From contig NC_042997.1 in NCBI RefSeq assembly GCF_006345805.1, forward strand, positions 83,638,001 to 83,702,000: a stretch of 64,000 nt of DNA, given 5' to 3'. The DNA comes from Octopus sinensis. Taxonomy: Eukaryota. Position numbers and translations under genes: made by a program. Below are positions 53,731 to 64,000 of this stretch, piece after piece. The notes below the pieces were generated by a model, which saw only the letters and a program-made list of their open reading frames with translations, did no database searches and was not told the DNA's origin. Within the stretch, counting starts at the first letter, position 1. The number at the start of each line of letters is the position of its first letter.

Positions 53731-55069
53731 GTAAAGTTATATAATGGACAGAAGAAGCCATCCACTGATCTGTGCAATTTTCCACATTGTAAACTAAATT
53801 CCATTGTCACAAAATGAGAAAACTTTTGAACAGTTCCCAACTTATTATTAATACTGCTGAGAAACAACTGACTTTAGCTCAACATAAAAATCTATACAGC
53901 AAAATAAATAGCAGAACCAGTTAAAAAAATAAGCAACAGCAGCAGCATGTTTCTGGCGATCTTATGTCATTCACCCTTTTGATGGCACACATATGTTTGT
54001 CTCACATATTATATGTAAAATCTCTGCAAAAGATATTAAAAATTCTCTTCCGTTCCTAACACTGTACTACATTCCCCACCCACCCCCCTCTCTCTCACAC
54101 ACATGCTTGTATATTCTCTTTCATTTGCTTTCTCTCTAAATACACACACATGACAAGCTACATTCAGATTTTGTTTATCAAATCTATTCACAAGGCTTTG
54201 GGGCCTGGGGTTATAGAAGTCACTTGCCTAAGGTGCCATGCAATGAGACTGAACTCAAGAATACATGGTTGCGAAGGAAACTTCTTAACAACACACACAC
54301 ACCACACACACAGAGTGAAGGTGTTTGGCCTAGTGGTTAAAGTGTTAGCTCAAGATCATTAGGTTGTGGGTTCATTTCTTAGATTGGGTGATGTGATGTG
54401 CAAAGCACTTCATACCATTCTAGTCAATATAGCAATAATGAGTATCTACCAGGGTACTGGTACAAGCCTTGCTCTCACCAACTGTCACATCTTGGATGCT
54501 CTACTAGACCAAGGATGAAGGGATGAGAAAGTGTCTGGAACAACATAGGACCTAAAACAATTAGCAAGAGTATGATACCTGTCTTTTATATGTATATCAT
54601 AAATAGCTATGAAGTAAATGATCAAGATTTTTATAAGATTGCAACAAAAAGCGAACAAGATTACCTATGGGAATTGAACTATATATCCATCATGTACTGG
54701 AGTGTAATACAAGACTGTTTGGTAATGTTAGACCAATCAGGTTAAGTGGCTGCTGATGTTTATTTAATTTCACCTGTCTCACTTGAAAATCAATGTTAAC
54801 TTATCTCTAAGGAGTTAATGAGTGCTAATTTGATGTGTTAATTCATTCAGAAGTATTCTAGTGTAAGTGGTGACATGGACATCCATGTCTTACTTTAAAT
54901 GTAAAATTCCAAACTTACGTACACAGTTTGTACCTAAAGTAATGTAAAAGTGGACATTGTCATAAGTCACTCAAACTTCTTAACAACACACACACACACA
55001 ACACACACACACATTTGTTCATAAACTAACTGTTTCTTTATTCTATCTCTTCCTGTTTTTCTTCATTGC

Positions 55070-56130
55070 AGGCAAATAATAATTTCTAAGCACAAGAAGT
55101 GTGCTCTCATTGAATTTTTGACAAAGGAGGAGAACAAGCTGTCTGACATTCAGATGGCTATAGGTTGTTTCTGGACATAAACACCGTTAACAAGAGCAAT
55201 GCGCTCAGACGGATGAAGTTTAAAGGAGGTATAACCAGCATTGAAGACAAACCATGCAGTGGGAGACCATCAATTTCAGCCACTGACATGACTCTTCAGT
55301 GAATGGATGAATTGAGTGATGCAGACAGATGAGTCACAATACATTGGTTTGCTACACAACTGGATTGTGGTCACAATGCATTAAAAAAGATGATGAAAGA
55401 CTTTGGTATTGGAAAGTGTGTGCAATGTGGGTATCTTGACAGCTGACACCTGATTTAATGGAGAGAAGGGTGGATTTGCAGGATCTGATCTGATCAGATC
55501 TGATTTGCTGGAAGTGTTTGATACCAAAGAGGATATGTTTATTTCTGATCTGGTGACAGGGGTTGAAATGAAGTCGTATCTTTCTGATCTAAACAATGGC
55601 CTTAGTTCATGGAAAGGCATTGCTCCTCTTAATAAAAGCTCAATAAAGAGCCAGTAATCAACAAAGAAAAAGTCATGGTGACCTTTTTTTGGGGATGACA
55701 AAACATAATTACTTTTTACCTTCTAGAACATGGTTGTCCTGTAAACAGCATGCAGTACCATGACATGCTTGAAAAGCTTAAAGTAATCTTTAAGGTGAAG
55801 AGACAAAACAAGAATCTGTAAACAATCCACATTCATCAAGACAATGCATAACCATGCACATCTTTGATGACAAATCAAGCAATTGGTAAATTGAGATGGT
55901 CCATGGTCCCCCATTCATTGCATTGTTGGGATCTAGTGCCTTTAAACTTCCACCTGTTCAGTACAATAAAGGACAATCTTTGAGGACAATGATTTTAAGA
56001 TACAGATGACATGAAAGTGGCAGTGAAGAAGTTGGTATAACAGTGCACATCTGAATTTTTTTCATTCAACAGCTGGGGTTAAAGATGGTGCAAGTGTATC
56101 ACTTGTGATTGAGACAATACTGAATTGTAG
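55070..56130 (+). mobile_element. Degraded mariner-type transposase
   Basis: ALIEFLTKE, SIEDKPCSGRP, HQDNA and a PH...DLVP..FHLF remnant, with many disruptions. Termini not located. Confidence 0.7.
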
Positions 56131-56189
56131 TATCTCTGTACAGATGAATAGTTACTCTGCCAACATGTACAATGATTTATGTCAAGCAG

Positions 56190-57572
56190 TGCAAAGGGAG
56201 CCGCGAAGACCCGCTTAACTACCAACCGGTTTCCCTTACATCAATAATCAGCAAGATGTTCGAAACCATCCTTAAGAAAAGTATGATGCTCCACCTCCTA
56301 AACACAGCCTCGATCACTGATTCCCAACACGGCTTCGTGCTGAAGAGATCATGCTTGACCAACTTACTAGTAATGGAAGAATTGGTGATGCGCATCCTCG
56401 ATGATAGTGATGCTGTTGACATCGTTTTATTGGACTTTGCCAAAGCTTTTGACTCGGTAAACCACCGCCTACTACTTGTCAAGCTTCAAGCATATAGTTT
56501 CCATCCGGATATTGTACGATGGGTTGGTGCCTTCCTCTCAGATCGCTCCTTCCAAGTTCAAGTTAATGGTTCGCGGTCTGACGTCTCCAGTGCGAGCAGT
56601 GGCGTGCCTCAAGGTTCAGTGCTTGGGCCCTTGTTGTTCTTAGTCTTCATAAATGACTTGCCCGACGACCTCACGCAACACACCCTTCTATTTGCCAACG
56701 ATATCAAACTGGTCGCTCCTCGCGGTAGTATAGAGGATCTTCGTCGATGCCTCCACCAAATTTGGAAGTGGTCTAACGATTGGGACCTGTGTCTGAACGT
56801 GTCAAAGTGCTGTCATCTGCCTGTCGGCTCTACTCCTGCAACTCAACTTGATTTCGAGCCGTGTCGTCTGCTGCTGGAGAGGACCGATCAGGTAAAGGAC
56901 CTGGGTATCTTGGTGGATTCCTCCTTTTCGCCTTCGGCCCAGTGCGTCCATGCTGCCAACAAAGCGCGCGGAATTCTGTTTTTGATTCGACGGTCATTCG
57001 GAATGCTCACAGCAGCCATATTCCTGCCACTCTATGTCACGCTGGTGAGACCCATATTGGAGTATGGGATTCAAGCCTCTTCTCCTTATCTCCTCAAAGA
57101 CATACAGCACCTCGAAAGAGTCCAGAGGCTGGCTACCCGCATGGTTCATGGTCTCAAAAATTTGTCCTACGAAGAAAGGCTGAGGACGCTCGACCTTTAT
57201 TCTCTTGAAAAACCCCGCCGCCGTGGTGATCTCATTCTCGCCCACAACATCATAAGCGGGAAGTGTAACCTCTCGAAAGAGCTGTTCTTCACTCCTGCTC
57301 CGGAGCGTCGGCTGCGGGGTCATCCGAAAAGCTCTACCTGCGACGATTTCATCTCAATCGAAGGAGAGGAGCTTTCTCCGTCCGGGTTGCGGATCCGTGG
57401 AACAAGCTGCCAGACGAGATGGTGAAGATGCCGACGACCGCTTTGTTCAAAGCCTCCCTGGACCTCAAGTGGCCTGAACTCTTTACATGAACACCACCCT
57501 GTACTTAACTCCATGTCCCCCTACATGGCCTTGCTATTTGCTTTTGAGCCAAATTAACTAACTAACTAACTA
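56190..57572 (+). mobile_element. 5'-truncated CR1-clade LINE; RT ORF 56172-57425 (non-functional)
   Basis: NYQPVSLTSIISK, QHGF, LDFAKAFDSVNH, SGVPQGSVLGPLLF, LFANDIK and RPILEYG. A frameshift near 57320 hides the native end ...PWNKLP...KWPELFT* (stop 57488-57490). 3' tail (TAAC)n at 57555-57572. Confidence 0.95.
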
Positions 57573-57629
57573 TACCCACTTTTGCAATAGTGTTGCAGAA
57601 TCTATATGGGTGTATGTAGGATGTAGTAT

Positions 57630-58000
57630 TCTTTTATTCTTTTACTTGTTTCAGTCATTAGACTGCAGCCATGCTGGAGCACTGCCTGGAATATTTAGTT
57701 GAATGAATTGACCTCAGTACTTATTTTTTTAAAGCCAGTTACTTATTCTATCAGTCACATTTTGCCAAACTGTTAAGTTATGAGAATGCAAACACACCAA
57801 CACTGGCTGTCAAGTGGTGGTGGGGAGACAAATATAGACACAAAAAACACACACACACATATATATATACACGATGAGCTTCTTTGGTCAGTTAAAAGCT
57901 ACAGTAGAAGACACTTGCCCAAGGTGCCACATAGTGGGACTGAACCTGGAACCATGTGGTTAGGAAGCAAGCTTCTTACCACACAGCCACACCTGTGCCT
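57630..58000 (-). mobile_element. SINE family A, full length
   Basis: Head-to-tail match to the other family A copies. Confidence 0.9.
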
Positions 58001-58005
58001 ATATA

Positions 58006-58878
58006 CAGGGTGTAGTGTATAAATTGTTGTTTAAATTACACAAAAATGAATATAATACTGACATCTCATTTTAACAGATATATTTACCAAAATTACATTA
58101 AAAAATCTTGAAATATTGAAGAGTTTATTTTTTCAATAAAATCGCAATTGACTTCAACCATGGCCTCCAGATGACTTTGGAATTTCCTGCAACTCTTTTG
58201 GACAGTCTCCTTGTTTAAGTTGGTGAATGCTGCCATAATCCTTGCCTTCAGTTCATCTTTTGTGTTACAAAGAGTTTTGTTGGTCTTTCCCTCAACTGTG
58301 CTCCACACATAATAATCAAAGGTGTTGCAGTCTGGAGAGATAGGTGACTAGATGCAAGGGGTGATATGGTCACAGAAATTGTCTGACAGCCATGACTGCA
58401 TTCTCCTACTTGTGTGGCATGGTGCAGAGTCCTGTTGTCAGATGTAGGGTCTTCCAGCAGCCACCCTCTTGACCTAGGGCAGCACTACCTCCTCAAGGCA
58501 CTTGATGTAGGCCTCTGTGTTAAGTCTGGGGCTGTGTGGGATGATGACTGAAATCATAATGTTGCCATCACTAGTGGTCACTTCAAACACCATGATGTTG
58601 ACTGGATGTTTGATTTTTATCACTCTCGGTACATGTCCTCAGATTGACACCCAAATACTCTGAAATGTTCATATTAGAGCATCTGGTGCAAATGCCAAGC
58701 AATACAGCATGTTGTTTCCAAATTTCTGGCAGAGTGAATTGCATTATGGTGCTGTTTTTCTCACAGATGATGTTCATTTGACCCTACCATACTGTGTCAT
58801 CAACAAAATCAAAAGCAAACAATGTGCATGTGCAAAATTTAAAATTTAAAATTGCGACAAATTACCCATCGCACCGAG
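58006..58878 (-). mobile_element. maT-type (DD37D) transposon with both ends, internally deleted
   Basis: TA flanks at 58004-58005 and 58879-58880. Minus frame QQDSAPCHTS...SPDCNTFDY has 37 residues between the 2nd and 3rd Asp. Same family as 19551-20385. Confidence 0.9.
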
Positions 58879-58919
58879 TATCTATCTATCTATCTGTCTG
58901 TCTGCCTGTCTGTATATAT

Positions 58920-58956
<37 letters not shown>

Positions 58957-59640
58957 CTTTTATCTTTTACTTGTTTCAGTCATTAGACTATTTCAAATGC
59001 TGGAGTAATTTTAGTTGAATGTACCTCACCCTTGTGTGTGTTCAAGTCTTAAAATGGATTCACATATCTGTACAAATTTTGGTAGACTTCATTTTTGAAG
59101 TTTGATGTCCTAACTTCCTGGCACTTGATTCACAGCTAACAGAAGAATGGTGATTGTTACAAACTAATAAAACTGAAATGATCAGGGCAATATACTCTAC
59201 TTTGACTGCGTGTTGCGGTTGCAGGAAGCTGGGTGCTTAATTAAGTAAATAAAGGAATAAAATGTTGGTAAATTTATTTCCTGCATGTCATAACAGGTAC
59301 TGGCAGTTTTATTAGCAACAAATATTTCCTGGCAGAACTTTAGTTGGGTATGGACGGCTTTGTGAGAATCTAGGGGTAAGATTTGAACAAAAGTCATATA
59401 CAGGTAAACTTACCCATTGGAGGAACAATAATAAGTTTTCCTCACTTCCGTCCCCACCAGCCACTACAAAAATTATTGTCAAATTGGCATGCGTTATTCT
59501 TTTGTATTTGGAAGTGATGGTGTTGGCGGGGGCATCAGCAGAGGAAGTGTCATTGTAAGGTAGTAAAAATAGTTGTAGGAGAACTAACTGACCTTAGTGG
59601 TTATGGAGACTTTGCTTAAAGAAACAACAGGAAAAAATCA

Positions 59641-60029
59641 GTCATGGCTGTGTCATAAGAAGTTTGCTTCCTAACCATATGGTTCCAAGTTCAGTCCCAC
59701 TTTGTGACACCTTAGGCAAATGTCTTCCACTATAGCCTTGGGCTGACCAAAGCCTTGTGTGTAGATTTGGTAGCTGGTAACTGAAATAAGCTTGTTGCAT
59801 ATATATATATATACATGTGTGTGTATGCATGTGTTTGTGTCTGTCCCCCTACACACTGCTTGACAACTGGAGTTGGTGAGTTAACATCCCTGTAACTAGG
59901 CAGTTCAACAAAAGCAACTGATAGAATAAGTACCGGGCTTAAAAAATAGTAAATAATAGTGTCGATTCATTTGACAAGAATTCTTCAAGGTAGTGCCCCA
60001 ATATGATTGTAGTCTAATGACTGAAACAA
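59641..60029 (+). mobile_element. SINE family A
   Basis: Head, (TA/TG)n and tail. Confidence 0.85.
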
Positions 60030-60189
60030 CACACACACACACCTGATGAAGAGGATGGACGTAAATAATCTCCATGATAATGAGTACATTGGTAAGTATA
60101 TAACAAAAATACCAGAACTTACACACAAAGTCCAGAAAATAGCACAAATTGTACACATATCACACAGAGTAATTATGCTAATAATAATA

Positions 60190-60402
60190 ATCCTTTCTAT
60201 AGGCACAAGGCTTGAAATTTTAAGGGAGGAGATAGTTGATTATATCAACCCCAGTACTCAATAGGTACTTATTTCATCAACCCCAAAAGGGCAAAAAGCA
60301 AAGCTGACCTTGGAGAAATCTGAACCCAGATTGTAAAATTGGTGGTGCTGCTGCTAAGCATTTTATTCAGCACAGTAATGATTCTGACAATGCACCACCT
60401 TT

Positions 60403-60434
<32 letters not shown>

Positions 60435-60850
60435 CGGCTCAAATTTTTCCACAAGGGTAGCAATTTTGGGGGAGGGGATGCGTCAATTACATCGACCCCC
60501 AGTGTTCAACTGATACTTATTTTAATCAACTCCAAAAGGATGAAAGGCAAAGTCTACCTCAGTAGAATTTGAACTCAACATAAAGACGGACAAAATACCA
60601 CTAGCATTTTGCCCAGTGTGCTAATGATTCTGCCAGCTTGCCACCCTAAATAATAATAACAACAAGAATGGTTTCAAATTTTTGGCTCTCCAGCAATTTT
60701 AGGGGAGGTGGTAAGTTGATTACATAGATTCCAGTGCTCAACTTCTTATATTAATGACCCTGAAAAGATGAAAGGCAAAGTCAGCCTCAGCAACATTTGA
60801 ACTTGGAATGTAAAGACAGCTGAAATACTGTTAAGCAAATACCGCTAACA
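60190..60850 (-). mobile_element. Three tandem SINE family B copies separated by (AAT/AAC)n
   Basis: Units at about 60190-60400, 60424-60648 and 60668-60850. Confidence 0.85.
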
Positions 60851-61559
60851 TGGTTAGCAGTTATAATTGATGCAACTGACTGGCCAGCACAAGGCTAGTT
60901 GATTATATTGACTCCAGCAACTAACTGGTACTTTGTTTTATTAATTGTAGAGGCATGGAAGGCAAGGATAACAATTCTGTTAACCCATAATAAACCTGAA
61001 GAGGTTTATTGAGACTGAAACATGTCTAGAATTATCTACCAGACATGCTGAAGGAACTGAAAATAATAGTTGCTGACTACTATTGCTTTTACTTAACCTC
61101 ATATTTTCCAAGTTACCTTATAGTTAGCTTTTCGATGTTCCTGACATTAAAGATATAGCACTAACTTAACTAGAAACACATGAATGGTTAATATAAAATG
61201 AAACACCTACTTACTACAGCCTAGCTATGTGTTACTGAAAAGGAAACAGCACTTATGTAATTTTTTTATTTAATCAAAATTAATCTTTGAAAGATTGTGA
61301 TTGATATTGGTACTGATAGCCAAAGGCACAATTTTATTACAATTTATTGTTTGTTTATTCTATGTTCAGTCATTGAGTTATGGCTATCATGCTGTCTTCT
61401 TCTTCATATGAGAAAAATAGTGACTAGTCAGCTTTGAAAGTTTTTGAACATTTCAAAGATAACTAGACATAATTAAATCAATATATATTTTTTGACCTAT
61501 CGCTGTACCAAGTTTTGATAGCAACATGATTCCCAAGAACTACAGAACCAAAAATACAC

Positions 61560-63910
61560 GCAAAATCAACCCAGTGAGGAAACTTAACAAACAGAGAAAC
61601 ATGAGGTAGAAACTGATGGTGAGCTGCAAAGTCAAAACATCTAAGAAAACAAATGTTTATGATATAGCTAGAAATGGAGCAGAGCTGAGGAGGTAGAGGT
61701 TATCAAAGCTTTCTTCATTGACAAATTAAAACTCCTTGAGCAACATCACAGAGTTGCTTGACCAAATCAGGCAAGAAAAAAATCCCAATAGTCATCCACA
61801 AATAAAAAGCATATAACTTGTCAAACATTAGAAGTGATATTATGTAAACAACAACAACAATATCAACATCAATAACAACCAAATAATCTTTGATGAAGAG
61901 GAAAAACAGAGCACAGAGCTACTAAAAAGGCAAAAATACAACACAATAATTCTGTATAACCCAACAACAATCGCAATAACAGAACATAACTATACAGCAA
62001 TCCATCTACAGCACATAAACATAGTAAGAGAAACAAAAAAACAACATTAAGCCTATCAGAGCCAAGTAAGAATAAAGAACAATATTTCAATGCCAACACA
62101 TGCAAATAAATACAATCACTTGGATATTATAATAGACAGCCCTTAAGTTAGCAGCATATCCCCAAACATTGGCAAATAGAGGCCTTTATCATTATCAGGC
62201 AAGCCTTTAATTTGTCAGAAGAGACTAGTAAATCAGATGAGCTCAGTAGTTGCTAATATGCAGTTAGCCAGTTCAAAGGAGCAGTGGCCATTGTAACATT
62301 AGTAAAAGGAGCAGAAAGATGAATCAGCACAGCTGTGAGCCAGTGATTAAACTGTGTCAGTGGCTGATTTATTCCCAATCTTCTGAGTGATTTTTGTTTG
62401 GATGAGCTCTAAGATGTTTTCACATGTAGCAGCTGCACTGTTTCAAATATCTCAGGAGTAGTTCATTGTTTATAGTTGATTTTGTAGAGGCTGAAGCATT
62501 TTCTGGACTAGAATAGGAATATTTGTGTTTGTGATGCAGTTTAGACAATCTTATAATATATATGGATGTTGCCATGAAAAATGATCTTTTGTAGTAATGT
62601 TGATGGCTTTAGTTGGACATCGTTCATGTATATGGATAGTGTGTAGTGTGTAGTGCAAGGTAGTTTATTTCATATGTGTGGTAATTATTTCTTGGTACTC
62701 TGGAAGATTGTCAGACTATCAATGTATCAAATATTAACTAACAAATGTATGGCTGCAGAATATAGTAACAAAAACAGTTGGCATTGAAAAAAAAATCTCT
62801 GGGCTGTGTAGTAAGAAGCTTGCTTTTCAACCACATGGTTCCAGGTTCAGTCCCACTGCATGACCCCTTGGGTGAGTGTCTTGTACTAGAATCTTGAGCC
62901 AACCAAAGCCTTGTGAGTGGATTTAGTAGACAGAAACTGAAAGAAGCCTGTTGTGTGTATGTGTGTGTGTGTGTGCATATATATATATATATGGTTATGT
63001 GTGTGTGTATGTGTGTGTGTGCACGCATATATATATGGTTATGTGTGTGTATGTGTGTGTGTGCACGCATATATATATGGTTATGTGTGTGTGTATGTGT
63101 GTGTGTGTCTGTTTGTCACCCTACAATAGCTTGACAAGTGATGGTGTGTTTACGTCCCTGTAACTTAGCAGTTTGGCAAAAGGAAATGATAGAATAAGTA
63201 CTAGGCTTACAAAGAATAAGTCTTAGGGTTGATATCTTTGACTTCAAAACCCTTTAAGGCAGTGCTCCAGCATGGCTGCAGTCAAATGACTGAAACAAAT
63301 AAAAGAATAAAAGAATTCAACTGAACCAGCATGCGACAAAAGTTTCAATGGAAAAATTGGCCAAAAGAGAAAATATGTAACAATAGTATGTGTTATCTAA
63401 GACAAATATGCAAAAATATAGACAAAAGAAAAAAAGAGCAAAGCTATACAAAAGACCTACAATTAAGGAGAAACAAGAATTCAGAGAAACAAAAGAAAGA
63501 TTAGTTCAACAGGTGAAAAAAGGCAAATATTTAAGAATACACAGGCCTGAAAATAGAATCAAATAATTAAAAAAAAATAAACTGTTCTGAGAAGATAAGC
63601 AAAACCTTTACAGGGAATTGCACAACAGAACTGTAGTAACAGAGAATTCTCCAGATAAAGAAACACAGAAACTTTGAAGAAAACTATCAAGAATAGAAAT
63701 ACTTCATAAAACAAATAGAATAATCCATAGAACAACAGAACAAGTGAACCTTGTAGTAGCTTAAGCATGAGCAAATATAACAGTAGAGAATATATTAGAA
63801 ACTGAAAGGAAGAAGGCAATTAAAAACCCCATAAAATGTGAGATACAGCCTAAACTTTCTGGATCTACATGATTTAAATAAACCTGGTCAAATGTTTCAT
63901 TAAAAATTAT
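61560..63910. mobile_element. Fragmented R4/Dong-like non-LTR element pieces (plus 61560-62150 and 63330-63910; inverted RT piece 62330-62740)
   Basis: KWSRAEEVEVIKAFF (N-terminal motif); minus-strand TLSIYMNDVQL (YMDD site); NKLF*EDKQNLYRELHNRT...PDKETQK. Clade assignment is from recalled motifs only. Confidence 0.5.
62802..63315 (+). mobile_element. SINE family A with an internal tandem repeat of about 42 bp in 3 copies
   Basis: Full head and tail, with gtgtgtgcacgcatatatatatggttat repeated inside. Confidence 0.9.
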
Positions 63911-64000
63911 TTCAAATTTTAGAACAAGGCCAGCAATTTTAGGGAGAGGATTTAGTTGATAACACTTGACTGGTACTTGTTTTATCAACCCTGTAAAAGA

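Overview
AT-rich, microsatellite-dense animal DNA. The SINE families and repeat landscape look like a coleoid cephalopod, probably Octopus (inference, not verified). I found no protein-coding exon I can confidently support, so the window looks intronic or intergenic. It is dominated by mobile-element debris: several tRNA-derived SINE families; decayed RTE-clade, CR1-clade and R4/Dong-like LINE pieces; DNA-transposon remnants (Chapaev3-like, DD37D maT, mariner, Tc1); TTAA-flanked piggyBac-type MITEs; and one non-autonomous Helitron. The only long ORF (56172-57425) is the RT of a comparatively young, CpG-rich CR1-type LINE. The most interesting non-catalogue signals are a perfect 116-bp spacerless palindrome, several other fold-back hairpins, degenerate hammerhead-ribozyme-like cores, a CpG-retaining domain at about 40.8-44.6 kb, a cluster of GAGGGATTA homeodomain-type sites, and a plus-strand bias of LINE fragments with a few splice-bounded minus-strand exon candidates. 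All were read by eye. No alignment, folding or database search was run, and element boundaries are approximate unless termini are quoted. I did not find a convincing new biological system.
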